Shown one piece after another: positions 29,301 through 43,735 of a stretch of DNA of 64,000 nt (position 1 is its first letter; the number at the start of each line of letters is the position of its first letter). A program made the translations under genes and the position numbers. The stretch comes from the human T2T-CHM13v2.0 reference genome, Homo sapiens: assembly GCF_009914755.1 (NCBI RefSeq), contig NC_060935.1. One strand, 5' to 3'. The notes beneath the pieces were generated by a model that was not told where the DNA came from, did not search any database, and worked only from the letters and a program-made list of their open reading frames with translations.

Positions 29301-31063
29301 AGGCTTTTGTTTTTTGATTTATTAGTTTTCTACTCCACTTGTTCAAATTTTATTTACTCATGATGATAACTCCCTAAAAATAAAAATTAAAGTATTTACT
29401 CACATCCTTCATGGAGATCACCGTAATGCTAGGCATCATGGCATTAATAAGTTGATACTACAATCAATCATATTACTACACTACACAATATAAATGATTT
29501 GAGTCTAAATCAAAAGAGTCTGTGTTACAATTTAGAAACTTTAATTACCAGGCAGTTTTCCAGAAAATACAGCTCTGGCTTTAAAACAGGAAGACAGCAT
29601 TGTCAGTTATCACATACACCAGGCATGAGTGGATATTCATTTCACGAATACGATGATGTCACAAGAGCATAATGTTTCTCCAGGTCACTGAATCGTGTTT
29701 GGAAAAGAAACACTTTGGCTTTACCTTGTCTATTGTTGCCATTTTCACTAATATTACAATAGAAAAATATGTCAAATCCAGACTATAACCCATTCCATCA
29801 ACTTCATTTTCTTGTAGGAGTTACAGAAAATATATATTTTCGGTACTCTCTTTTCTGTGCCTGCATAAGCTTCTATAGTTAGTCTTGATTTCAACCACAC
29901 TACCAGAAGTAATGGAAAGTATGAATGTTCACACAATTTGCCCATGCACATTACTGTCTTGAAGTTGAGCATCTAACATAACATTTCCTTCTAAGCATTC
30001 TATTTATTCAGATAGTTCTAGTCACTAATTTTCTGTAACAGAAAATTACAATTCTACAATGATCCAATTTATATTTATGTGTGGACTACATAATTGCACA
30101 GGCAAAAATTGTACATAAATATCAATGCATAGCTAAAATATATGGTTAATAGGATTTAAATTATATCTCTGAATTCTACTTTGAATTCTTGAGTCTAGCT
30201 AAAGTTACTGACTAAACACATTTTTTAGTGTCATTAGGAAAAATGGTATTGCTGTAGTGACTCTTAAATGTAGTTCCAAGGGCATAATTTTATTTTAATG
30301 CCAACTATTATATAATCCCTTTGTTCTGGTCTATATCCAATCTGAATTCCTGGAGAGGAGATAATATAATTGTAATCTGAAAAAAATCATGTGTAAAATA
30401 GCTTTCATTGACAATTCATTCAGACAAATAAATAATATTAATAATTGCTACTATTCATGGCATAATAAGATACACACATATACATATACAAACTTGTCTT
30501 TTATTTCTAACAGCATTAGTTTTCAAAGAAAGTTTGGAGATGCAGTTTAATCTAAAGTGAAGCTTAACTTTTGTTTAAAATGCTCAAGATATGGACAAAA
30601 AGATTCCTCACTCATATCAGAGGACAGATCTCAATGGGGAAGGTCCAGGAGGCAGTCTATTACTTGCAAATTCAAGATCTCACAACCCTTTCATTACTGG
30701 TCTTCCCCACATCTTGCTGAAAAATCTCTTTTCTTGGGGGACAACAGCATTTTCTCAATCTTTGTGCTAAAAGAAAAAAACATTTTTTCAGTGGGGGATG
30801 GGGCTTGTGGAGGTTAATAAAAGGAAAAAGGAAAAGGAAATAAGGAAATAAAGGTAAAAAGGGCAAAAGACAATACTAAGCATATAAATAGCTTCAGCAC
30901 CATGGATTTTGATGGAGAAATGGAGTACCTGAAAGTCTCTCTCTTTTTGATGATACCTAACAAAGACCCTTGCCCACCTATCCTCAGGGTTAATCAGTGT
31001 TGCAGAATCATTCAGAATCACTAAGGGGGTCCAGGGGGTTCCTACTTAAACTTCTTTATGAGT

Positions 31064-31513
31064 GATATATTAGTTTTCTGTTACCTCTGTAACAAATTAC
31101 CAAAAATGTGTCTTAAATTCAAAGTTCTTCTTTTACAGTCTAGAGGTCAGCAGTCTAAAAGCAGTTTCACTGTGCTAAAGTCAAATTGTTAACAGGTCAG
31201 GTTCTCATGGAAGGCTCTAAGGAAAAGTCAGTGTCCTTGTTTTATCCAGCTTCTAGAGCTGCATTCCTAAACTTTTTTTTTTTTGGCTCATAACCCCTTC
31301 CTTCATCTTCACAGCCAGCAGTATAAAATCTTTTCTGTCTGACTCTGCTTCCTTCTGCTTCCATCTGCTTCTGTCACATGGCCTTCTTTTCTGCAGTATA
31401 ATCTCCTCATCTCAAAATCACATCTGCAAATTCTCTTTTACCATGTAAGGTAACATTCATAGGTTCAAGGGGTTAAGAGCCAGATATCTATGGGAGCCAT
31501 TATTCATGCTACC
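31064..31513 (-). mobile_element. MLT1D-like MaLR solo LTR
   Basis: tattagttttctgttacctctgtaacaaattacc...ctaaagtcaa...ccagcttctagagctgcattcc...ggtaacattcataggttc...gggagccattatt. Confidence 0.85.
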
Positions 31514-31725
31514 CCAGGTGAGGAAGTGGATGTCTTCCTTACATATCTCTGAGTCCTGTCCATCATGATGTCACATCTCTGCATGGTAGCCAACTTGACA
31601 GTAAAACAAAAGGATCTCCTTTGTTTCTCTGGCTGGCTCCTGCCATTTCTCTTTTCTCTAAGATAATATTGGGCATTTCTCCCTCTCATTGCCTCAGAGG
31701 GGCTGGGTTTACCCTGCCCACCAAG

Positions 31726-31765
31726 CTGAGTCTTGAGTCATCCACCTGAGTCTTGAGTCATCCAC
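31726..31765 (+). repeat. Perfect 20-bp tandem duplication (CTGAGTCTTGAGTCATCCAC)x2
   Basis: Directly visible. Each unit contains TGAGTCA. Confidence 0.95.
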
Positions 31766-32765
31766 AACAAGTACAGAAAAATATAGGTTACTCTTCAGAA
31801 TATTTACCAAGTTACTGAGAGCAAAACATCCATTCTGAAATTTGCGGATATATAAACAGCCCCACTGTAAGATGTCTTAAAGGAATCTGGTGCCAAATGT
31901 TTTCTGTATCTGTATATCGCTAATCTTCAATTCCATCCTAAATTACTTTTGATTCTGAATACCCCTGTTGAATCAATTTACCTTCTCAGGACTAATGACC
32001 TTAAGTCCCTGGCTATTGTTTAGTAGCATAAATTAAATCAAGTAGATGATTTACTGTTATAGGAATTTCTCTATCAGCTCCCGTCAGACTATGCTTCCCT
32101 TCAAAAACATTTTCAACTCACTAGACAGATCATGAAAAAGAAAAAGAAGAATAAAGTAAATTAGATATTTTTTGGCATTCCTTGATTGATGTTAATTGAT
32201 GAGTAATTTCTCAAGGTTATGGTTTTGTTTACAACTTTCTTTCCAAGTCCCATTCACCCCCGCCAACAGCAAAACTATTTTACTTTGGCTGTACAGGTGC
32301 TATCTATTACAGAATGGATTGCCTGCTTTCTGACTAACAGAAGTTTCAGTTAAATTGTAGTCACTTCAACATTAGTCTCAACATTAGTCTCAATTAATCT
32401 CAAAGACAGAAAACAAGCACAACTATTTATAAGGTTCCCACTCAAAACCCCATAAGGAGTTAAATAAAGCATATACAGGTACTTCCACCTTGAAAATAAA
32501 AGTTCCAACACACTAGATGCCTTTTAAGAAAGTGATCATTTCTTTCTAGGACTGCGTTTGCACTGCCATAAACCATGACCTTCTAGAATTCTGTCAGGTT
32601 GCATGAGAGGTCCGTTACTTTGCAGACAAGGCCACAAATAGAGGGCTACCCCCTGCTCATTATCCAGCAAATAGTAAGCACTCTTCAAATGTAGCTGCTA
32701 TTCACTAGAATTAAATTTAGTTTAAAATCTTAAGGCAAAATTTTTTAAAGCTGAATTATAACCAC

Positions 32766-33051
32766 TTTTTTTTCTTTTGAGATGGAGTTTTGATCTGCCA
32801 CCCAGGCTGGAGTGCAATGGTGCGATCTAGGCTCACTCCAACCTCCATCTCCCAGGTTCAAGCGATTCTCCTGCCTCAGCCTCCCGATTAGCTAGGATTA
32901 TAGGCACGCACCACCACGCCCAGCTAATTTTTATTTTTAGTAGGACGAGGTTTCACCATGTTGGCCAGGCTGGTCTCGAACTCCTGACCTCAGGTGATCC
33001 ACCTGCCTGGGCCTCCCAAAGTGCGAGGATTACAGGCATGAGCCACTGTGC
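32766..33051 (-). mobile_element. AluS (Sx/Sq-like) SINE
   Basis: Poly-T then an antisense dimer with cctgacctcaggtgatccacctgcc. Confidence 0.95.
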
Positions 33052-33451
33052 AGAACACACATAAGAGTATGATTGATCGTCAAATGCAATAAGAAAGTTC
33101 AGGTGAAATAAAACTTTATTATATAAGCCAGTTACCAGAGGGAGAAGAGCTCAGAACAAAATTTATTGCTTGTTTTTACTTCGACTTGCTCAAAAAGATA
33201 AATTAAATTCTGATTTTAAGAAATCCTTCTGAATAATGTGTCTGAGTCAAAATGAACCTTGTTTTCTTCACCTCAGTTTTTCCCACCTAGACATAAAGAG
33301 AAATTGGCTGGTGAAATAAAATCCTCAAATGAAACAAATTCACTGAGTTTCAACCCTTTAACATGGCTGATATCTAAGGCGGAAATATAACTTACTTGGT
33401 CCTTCAGAAATTTTCAAAGTTATTTTGTCATTTAAAGCTGAAACACCATGG

Positions 33452-33470
33452 AGTGTGTGTGTGTGTGTGT
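33452..33470 (+). repeat. (TG)n microsatellite
   Basis: gtgtgtgtgtgtgtgtgt. Confidence 0.85.
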
Positions 33471-33496
33471 GCACGTGATATTTGTATTGACTAGTG

Positions 33497-34018
33497 CAGG
33501 GGTCCCCAGTTACTGAATCATGGACGAGTACCAGTTTGTGGCCTGTTAGGAACTGGGCTGCAAAGCAGGAGCTGAGTATCAGGAGACCAAGCAAAGTTCA
33601 TCAGTATTTACAGCCATCCCCATTGCTAGCATTACTGCCTGAGCTCTGCCTCCTGTCAAGTTAGTGGAGACATCAGATGCTCATAGGAGTGTGAACCTAT
33701 TGTAAACTGTGCATGCAAGGGATCTAGGTTGTGTGCTCCTTATGAGAATCTAATGCCTAATGATGTGTCACTGTCTCCCAACACCCCCAGATGGGACCAT
33801 CTAGTTGCAGGAAAACAATCTCAGGGCTCCCACTAATTCTACATTATGGTCAGTTGCAAATTATTTCATTATATATTACAATGTAATAATAATAGAAATA
33901 AAATGCACAATAAAATTATTGCACTTGAATTATCTCAACAACATCCCCACCCCTAGTCCATGGAAAACTTGTCTTCCATGAAACTGAGCCCTGGTGCCAA
34001 AAAGCTTGGGGACCACTA
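33497..34018 (+). mobile_element. MER1A hAT-Charlie non-autonomous DNA transposon, full length
   Basis: Termini caggggtcccca...tggggaccacta. Internal MER1A motifs (gctccttatgagaatctaatgcc, ctagttgcaggaaaacaa). Perfect 8-bp hAT TSD GACTAGTG at 33489-33496 and 34019-34026. Confidence 0.93.
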
Positions 34019-34304
34019 GACTAGTGTGTTACTTCCTTGTTCTTAATAAATATGAAATAGCATTTTATAAGTCCTTTATATAATCTTGTTCAAAATAGCA
34101 GGGATTAATGTCTGATTTTTCATCAGGTGCCCTGGTGTTATGCATTCAATTTCTGGAGTTGGAAAAAAAATTGCTACTAAACAATTACATTGTCCTAGAC
34201 ACAGAACAGCTAGCATTCTCACTGTAGCTAACTAGAAGTAGAACAATGTGTGAGTTAATATATAATGTACCTGCATGGTGGGATACTTGGTAAATGATAA
34301 TGTC

Positions 34305-34535
34305 TTTAGTTGATAAATCTTGGACTCAAGAACAAGGCAACACTAAAGTTGAATTCACACTCTACCATTTATTCATCATGTGACCTAGGGAAATATTTAA
34401 TTTTTCAGAATTGTTTTTAATGGGAATAAAAATAGTACCTTCCTCAAAGAGTTTGGAGTAGGATTCAGTGAGACAATATATGTATGTTAAATGTGTAGGA
34501 TAATAATGGCTTGCATAAAATAAGCATTAAATAAA
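34305..34535 (+). mobile_element. MIR SINE
   Basis: gttgaattcacactctaccatttattcatcatgtgacctaggga...aatgggaataaaaatagtaccttcctca. Confidence 0.65.
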
Positions 34536-34660
34536 CCTTTTTTTTTCTGCCTCTTAAGCATTTGTGCCTTCAAACTAGCTGGTAGAAATATTTGGCTATT
34601 TATATACCTGGTAAATTATATAAGCATATATGTGTGCCTGTTTGTATGTGTTTATATATC

Positions 34661-34681
34661 TAGATAGATAGATAGATAGAC

Positions 34682-34715
<34 letters not shown>

Positions 34716-34722
34716 GTAGATA
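34661..34722 (+). repeat. Compound tetranucleotide STR [TAGA]5 CAGA [TAGA]7 TAGG TAGA
   Basis: Counted directly from the sequence. Confidence 0.95.
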
Positions 34723-35038
34723 TCCTAATTTAGGCTACCACATCAAATTACTTATTCCTGCCAGTCCACTCTAATCTGTAGATATTTGGTTATCAACTGA
34801 TATTAATTCTAGACAAAGAAAAAAATAGAAAGATACTCTATTTTGGTAAAGTGGGATAATAATTTAACCAAAAGCAAAGACAACATTTTTTTGATATTTA
34901 TGTTCTAGTAACAGGGTAATTTGAAACATCTTTAATACAATAATTCTACAGAAAATTTTAAATTTTAAAATATAATTTAATTTCTGCATAATGCATTTTA
35001 GTTTTTAAAATAACTCCTTTAAAAAAGTTAAATAGAGA

Positions 35039-35398
35039 TATTATAAGCTGAATAGTGTTTCTCGCATTTAAATTCATATATTGTAGTTGTAAGCCCCAAT
35101 ATCTCAAAGAACATGATTCTATTAGTAGATAAGGTCTTTAAGGAAGTAATTAAGTTAAAATGAGGTCATGAGTGTGGGTCTTAATTCAATATGACTGGTG
35201 TCATATAAGAAGAGATTAGGGACAGATATACACAGAGGGAAGACCATGTGAAAACTGGAGGAAGAAATCTATCTACAAGACAAGGAGAAAGGATTGATCT
35301 CAGACTTCCAGTCTCCAGAATTGTGAGAAAAGAAATTTTTCTTCTTTAAGCCACCTAGACTCTGGTATTTTGTCAAGGCAGTTCTAGCAAACTAATAA
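35039..35398 (+). mobile_element. MLT1A/MLT1A0-like MaLR solo LTR
   Basis: ggtctttaaggaagtaattaagttaaaatgaggtcatgagtgtggg...gacttccagtctccagaattgtgagaaa...ctagcaaactaata. Confidence 0.88.
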
Positions 35399-35399
35399 A

Positions 35400-36070
35400 A
35401 TGCATTATGCCCATTTTAGGGATGATGTTAATAGAGACCAAAAAATTTGTATGAGTTATTTTACTTGATAATTTGCAAGAGCCGGAAGCAGAATTTGAAC
35501 CCAGTGTTTCTAATGATAGCCTATGTTCTTTCTATCTCACTGCAGTGCTTTATGACTAATCCAAAGACACAGGGAAGGTGCCTTTATAGGGGTGTTGCAT
35601 TGAGAGATGAGGCTTTTGCTGGCCAGAAAAGACATCTCTATATAGCTCAGTACATAGTCAATGGACTGACTTTTGATAATAAAATGAATCATGACTTTAC
35701 ATCTCCATTCCTATAACATGCCTCTTGTCTTTATAGTGAGGTGTGATATTGGGGTATCCAAACCTGGATGGAAATTCATATTTCCTGGGACATGTTTAAA
35801 ACACAGTAATCTCACGGCCTTCTTCTAACACCTACTATGTTAGAATCTTGGGCAAGGCAGATGACTGAGTAAGCTCTATCTTTAATGGGGGTTCCCAAAA
35901 GATTCTGACACCGACCATCAAACAACACTTGGGGATACCAGCTACACATAGTGAAAGGACTATGAGTTTTGAACCAGATGCACATAAACTCAAATTTTAG
36001 TTCGGAATCATACTTTTCTTAATAATTTTGAGCTTCAGATTTTTCACACGTAAAATTGGAGACAATAGCT
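35400..36070. mobile_element. Cluster of MIR (35400-35545 -, 35940-36070 +) and MER5-like (35750-35940) fragments
   Basis: cagaatttgaacccagtgtttct (MIR); gttagaatcttgggcaagg...cccaaaagattctgac (MER5-like); cttcagatttttcacacgtaaaattgga (MIR). Confidence 0.5.
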
Positions 36071-37529
36071 ACTGTGGTCAAATGTATATGTATGTGTATG
36101 TTTGTATCTGTATGTCTGTACTGTATATACATACCCCTTCTTCATACGGTTTTCTTTTAGACACTCGGTATGGGCTCCCTAGAAATCTGACTGAAGCATG
36201 CATTCTCAGCAACTTGGCTTCCATTTGGTCCCTGAACCTTGGCAATACTAGCCACAAAGAGCATCCAAAGGCCTCCCTGCCATATGGATTCCCAGTTACC
36301 CAGGCTATTAGGTTCACATTTGCCTTAATGATTCATAATCCCTTTTTAAAAAGGTTATCAGCCTAGAAAAAAATAATCCATTGAAATCCCAGTAGGACAT
36401 TCAGAGTCTTACCCAAACCAGGTTTTTGGTCCAAGAGCAATTTTTTTGCCTTAGATTGTAGCCAAAATGTACCAAGTCATTTTACAAAGTGCTTGGGAAA
36501 TTACTTTCAATGTGATAAGCCAAAATCTCATATTGAGTTAGCATTTCATCTATTTCTGCTATATATTTATCAGAGTACTCAGATTTCAGGCTTTAAATTA
36601 CAGCAGATATCCAAGCACCAATCATGGCAAATTTCGTTTCCTTTGTTTCAGACAACTGAAAGCCAGAATCAGCTTGACAATCCTACACTCCGATAAATTG
36701 CCAACCAAGCAGAATGAGATACACCCATTATTCTTTCTGTCACTCTATCCTGAGCAATCAGTGTCCAATTTGTTTGTCTTTCGCTCTAAGACTTCCCTCT
36801 TTCTCAGCTCTTCTTTGTGCCATGTTTCTCATTCCCACAAGACTTGAATAGAACACCTGTTTGGAGAAAAATCCCATTAGCCAGGACATCCAACATCTCT
36901 TAACAAATCCTTACCAAGAGACAAGAGATCAATAAGCAAAATAACTGAGTCCTTATTAACAAAACTGAATTATGTAATGGTGTTTTCTATGAACTGAATG
37001 AGCCCAAGATTCTAAATAGCACCTTTGGAATGATATTTTTAGCTGAGGTTCTGAATGCATTTGTTAAATCATTATCCAGTGTTGGTCTACCAACCATCAC
37101 ACATGGCTCTGCCAGTAAAACATACGGAAAAATCCTCTCTACCTAAGGGCATAGACAGTTCATTCAAAATGTGTTGTATGGAGCAAAAAAGAGGAAAATA
37201 AATAAGGAGACTCAGTTACTTTCCTACATGTTGCTACTGGGTCATAAAGCTCTGCAGCAATTTTTTAGGCTTTGGAATTCTTTTCCTATCTATCATTTGT
37301 TGCAGGAGGCATACTTTTTTCCCCGCATCCTAAATATCCATTGTAAGAACCCATTTGTAGACAGACATGTTATGGCTGACCTTTCACTTCTAGGTAGCAG
37401 AGAAAATTGAGGACTTCTTAAAAGGATATCCTCTTGTTCTCTACTTTCTATTTTTCTCTGTTACCACATGTGTTTTTCTCCAAATAAATCACTTAAATGG
37501 AAATCATTCCCTCTTAGAGCATTTTAAGT

Positions 37530-38420
37530 CATTTTTGTTGAAGAAATATTAGTCAAGCACCAATCATATGTTAAACGAAAAATCTAAGTGCTGGAAAAAA
37601 AACACAATGAATAAGCTCTTTATCTAATAGAATTTGTGTGATGGTGAAAGATAAATACATATGCACAAAGATAATTTTAGCATAATGTAGAAGTTTTAGA
37701 GTTTTACATAGGATGTTACTGATGTATAGAAGAACATTATGCCCAACTTGGTCATGGAAATGAATAGATATAGAAAGATGTTAAAAGAGTAACAATTGAG
37801 ATCAGAGTTGATTTAGAAAGATGAATGACACACACTGGGGCCTCTAAGAGGGTGGAGGGTAGAGGGTGAGAGCAGGGAAAGAGGATCAGAAAAAAATAAG
37901 AAATGTACACTAGGCTTCATACCTGGGTGATGAAACAATCTGTACAACAAACCCCTATAACACAAGTTTACCTACATAACAAACCTGCACATGTACCCCT
38001 GAGCTTAAAATAAAAATTAAAAAAAAAAAAGATTGGGAAATCAGATGAGAGCATGAGCTGAAGATAAGATCAGTGCAGGATTTATGCTAGATCTAAAAGT
38101 ACATTAGTTTTGAGTATTGTTGAGAACTGTTGTTTGAAGAAGAGACTGGTTGATGATGAGGTTGAAAAGGAGGGCAAAATCTGTCATGGAATGGCAGAAT
38201 GCTCATATAAGGAACTTAGATTTCATTCTAGTAATGATGAGCACCTGGAGAAAAGCTCAAAGCAGGAGAATGGCATAATTTCATTTGCTCTTTAGATGGT
38301 CCACTCTGCGAATAATGTGCAGGATGGATTTGCATGATGACAAGGACTAGGTACAAGGAGACTAATTAAGAGGCCCTTGTAACACTTTAGGTGAGAGCTA
38401 ATGAGGACTTCAACTCTCAA
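37530..38420 (-). mobile_element. L2 fragment interrupted by an L1PA 3' end
   Basis: taaggaacttagatttcattctagtaatgatgagcacctgg...ttagatggtccactctgc...ggagactaattaagagg. Confidence 0.65.
37827..38030 (+). mobile_element. L1PA15/16-like 3'UTR end (~200 bp) with poly-A
   Basis: cacactggggcct...gggtggaggg...gaggatcagaaaaaaat...aatctgtacaacaaaccc...aaacctgcacatgtacccctgagcttaaaataaaa. Confidence 0.9.
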
Positions 38421-38650
38421 TAGAGATGCAAATATATAGAAACAAAATTTTGAATTATTCAACAAATATTTTACATTTTTTTCAAATTAGATCATTTCTG
38501 GATGCAAGTCACTAAAACGGAAAAGCATTTCCTTAGATATATCACATGCATTAACATAGACGTGGCACACTTCTTTATACTCACATTTCAGAAAATCTCA
38601 TCTGGTATAATTTTGAAGTAAGACTGTCTGGATAACTACACATTATTTCA

Positions 38651-39310
38651 TTATTTATTTTATTTTTTGGGATAGGGTCTCACTCTATCACCCACCAGGC
38701 TGAAGTACAGTGGAACAATCACAGCTCACTGCAACCTCTACCACCTGGGTTTAAGTGATCCTCCCACCTCAGCCTACTGAGTATCTGGGACCATAGGTGT
38801 GTACCACCATCCCCAGTGATAGGTTTGGCCCTCTGTCCCTACCCAAACCTCATCTTGAATTGTACTCCCATAATTCCCATTTGTTGTGGGAGGGACCCAG
38901 TGGGAGATAATTTGAATCATGGGGGCGGCTCCCCCCATACTGCTCTCGTGGTAGTGAATAAGTCCTAAGAGATCTGATGGTTTTGTCAGGGGTGTCCGCT
39001 TTTGTTTCTTCCTCATTTTCTCTTGCCGCCACCATGTAAGAAGCGCCTTTCTCCTCCTGCCATGATTCTGAGGTCTCCCCAGCCAATTGGAACTGTAAGT
39101 CCAATTAAACTCCTTTTTCTTCCCAGTCTTGGGTATGTCTTTATCAGCAGTGTGAAAATGGACTAATATATCCAGCTAATTTTTAAAATTTTTTGGAGAG
39201 ACATGGTCCCACTATATTGTCCAGGCTGGTGTCAAAACTCCAGGCTCAAGCAATCCTCCTGCCTCAACTCTCACTGCTAGGATTATAGGCATGAGCTACC
39301 ACGCTTGGCC
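38651..39310 (-). mobile_element. AluJ SINE split by a THE1 LTR
   Basis: Right arm 38651-38816, left arm 39171-39310. TSD cacattattt (38641-38650) / cacgttattt (39311-39320). Confidence 0.92.
38817..39170 (+). mobile_element. THE1 (THE1A/B-like) MaLR solo LTR
   Basis: tgataggtttggc...cccaaacctcatcttgaattgta...gagatctgatggtttt...gggtatgtctttatcagcagtgtgaaaatggactaatata. 5-bp TSD cccag / tccag. Confidence 0.95.
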
Positions 39311-39433
39311 CACGTTATTTAAATGAAAACAAACACAAATACATTTTATGTGGGCAACATCCCTTCTCCTTTCTCTTCCTCAGTTAACTTCCAGTAGATA
39401 GGAAGGAGAATGTTAGTCTTGCTACTCACTTAC

Positions 39434-39506
39434 TAAAATGTTTGTGCTTGTTCTTGACCCTGCTGGACCTTTCCTTGCTGAGAAAGATGAAATTTTTCCT
39501 TACTGG
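39434..39506 (-). other. Candidate 73/77-nt exon (unassigned transcript)
   Basis: Minus strand: long T-rich tract ...tttatttagtttttAG|CCAGTAAGG...CATTTTA|GTAAGTGAGT, with two overlapping consensus donors. Confidence 0.3.
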
Positions 39507-40322
39507 CTAAAAACTAAATAAAATTAAAAATAAAAATAAAACCTATTTCTGCTGAAATATTGTTTCTCAAAAGGTTCTCAGCCGCCTTGATATATTAAAT
39601 TTAGCTACCACCATCATCTTATTTCAAGCCCGAAATTGGGGTAGGGATCATATCATATTAACAGTCACTCTTGGGAGCTATGACTGATAAAATGTCCAAA
39701 ACAATTTATTACATTTGATTCAGCAGCTGTGCTATTTTGGAAACTCCCGCTTAGACCGATAGGAAGACAGATGAAGACACAAATGAAACTTTCCAAAATC
39801 TTTTAAGTGCTGGGATTCTGCTTTCACTTATATTAGAAGGCCAGATTCCAATGTCCAAACTTAATAGAAATTCTGGTTTTGATTCCTTTGAAATATTGTG
39901 AGTAAATGGTGGGCTTTTCGTGTTAGAAGTCAAATCCATGTGGTTTAATATGTGGAAATCCTTCATCTCAGTTGTGGGACATTTATCTTCAGGTAAACTG
40001 GAAGAAGACAACCTAACGAAAAAGAAAGAAAGCATACTCCCCATTCCCTGTCTTCTGAATCATGCAGATTATCAAATGGGGATAGTTTCTGGCATTGTGG
40101 ATTGCTAAACCTCTTGAAAGACAGTTCTTCTAAATTAAAAAGCATGTAGAGTTATAAATATTTATGGGGAAGAATAAACCAAGGATATAGTAAAACTTTG
40201 CTGAACTCCTACCTACTCCAGCCCTTTCAAAGATTTTGCTAGGCAAACAAGAGATTTTTACCACATATTCACATACTTAACTCCTGCCACACTGACTTCC
40301 TCCAAAACAGAGATAGAAATTG

Positions 40323-40637
<315 letters not shown>

Positions 40638-42879
40638 GAAATTGACCAGAGTCTGCATGCCTGACTGTGACAGGTTGAATGTGGCTATACAGCCATGTGT
40701 TCAGGCTGTATTTGGTTTGTACAAAAAGAGAGCAACTAAGTAACCACGAATGGAAAGAGGAACAATATTTATTTAGCTCCTTCAGTGAATACAACATTAT
40801 TTATTCCTCAATACAGCCTTCTGAAATAACTATTACTTGAGTATAATTATGTCCTTTGACATATGGGAAGACTGAAAGTTAGACAGGTTTCGTAGCATAC
40901 TCCATGTCATATATTATTGATACATGCATTTGGGATCAGTTTTACTTCAGCAGGCCACTTCAGAAACAGGAATGCTTGGTGTGTCTCATTTGATAGGGCC
41001 AAGTTTGATAAGTGGGCATTTTAATATTACCAAACTTATGAACTATTAAATAACATTCAAGTCAGAAAATGCTATGAAGTTGGAGACACAGATACTCTCA
41101 CCCATTTCTGAGCCTAACCCCATCTCTGATTCCTTTTATATTGCTAACATCCATCCTTGAGGTAAATCTGGGCTAATGTTGGGTTTGGGGCTAGGAGAGG
41201 TAATAAAAAAGAATGAAGCAAGAGTTAGGTATGGTTTGTTTGCAAGAGGGCACCAAAAAAAAAAAAAAAAAGAGTAACAGAGTCATATATTTACAAATCT
41301 AATATATTCCAGAAGAAATCATAAATCTCCCTAATTTTTTTATTCTCTGAAAAATTAACTGTAATTTAAGGACCTAGTTCTCAAATTAGTTTAATCACTA
41401 AACAGATTTAGCTATTTAGCAATAGAACTTACTCTATTTCTTATTTAAAAATCTAGAGAAAGAATACTTTTCCATTTTTGTACAGCTATGACTATTCTAA
41501 CACATCCATTTAGCACATATTTTGAAAACCTAATAACTTCTTATACTTGGATAACTATATGGGGAGTTATGGTAATATACTAGACATTAGGAAAGAGTAG
41601 AGTCTATTTAGGTCATAATATAATCTCTTGGGCTTAGACCCAGTTTGCACAATGAATCCCCAGTTGAATATTGTATCCTTTTTTTCAGCATTTTAATAGC
41701 ATATATATACTGTATTTGACATATTAAAAATATTTGGCCCAATATTTTTAAAATAACTACGTTTAGTTGTGTGTTTATTATACCCACACACAGACATGCA
41801 CATTTATGCACATATATTTCTTAAGATATACGTATACATACTTACACATCTAAATGTAGTACACTGTAAAACTGTCAGTTAAATTTTTAAACTATTAAGA
41901 AACAGTTAATTCAGATAATTGAAGTCTTCCCTAATTTGGGTCTGGATCAAGGATATATAAATGTTTGGGAGTCTGTGTTGTTGACCTTATTTGTTATAAG
42001 ACAAATATTTTAAGTTTTGACAGGATTGCTTCTGCATGGCTATCTCAAAATAATACTCTCGGAATATCTCTTGTCAGGTGGCAATGTAGGACTTGAATCC
42101 AGGCATGCAAATGGCCATGATCTTTTCACTGTGTAAATTTCAGAATTCTAAAAATATAAAGATACCGACAGTGTAAGCTTTTTTATAATTTGGGTTATGA
42201 ATGTATAGGATCCATGAAAATTTACAAGCAGCATCAGCTATTTATAAAGATCACGAATTAGGATATTAGTTTAAGCAAAGAAATAGAATTTTCAATAAAA
42301 GTATAAACATATTTGTACTTAATGAGATCTTACTAACGTCCAATATTCAGTTAAATATTGCTTTTGAATATTGGATAATACCATGTGCCCTATTTGTTTA
42401 AAAAATAAAGTTGGCATGTAGCTATATTAATATCTTGCCCATTGTGCTAGTAAAAAAATTTTCATATCATATCAATACATTCTTTTGGCCAATACCTAAA
42501 TCTCATAACCCAATTAGTCAAAGTGGAATTAAAATATCATCTTACCTATGTGATCTTGATGACTTCCCCCAAACTTCTAGACTTGGGACACAAACTGCCT
42601 TGAACCATCTGTCTGAACTTCCTTCTTTAATTGAATTCCTTGGAGCCAGCACTAAGGTTTGAATTGGTATTTTCATTCTTATGTTATTTTCTACTATCTT
42701 ATCCTTTACCTGAGAAATACTCAGTATCACCAAGTACACTGAAATTATCACACTATATGATATTATGAGTCTGTGCATACAATTTTAGAACAGATGTGAG
42801 GATACATTGATTTTATGCATATTATTTAGAAGAGAAAAATTAAAAAAAAACTTTTGTTCCAAGTGTTTAAATTGAATTT

Positions 42880-43735
<856 letters not shown>

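Noticed and set aside
39751-40145. Overlapping ORFs in repeat-free sequence
   Set aside because: No recognisable domain and no flanking splice signals matching the frames; consistent with chance ORFs.
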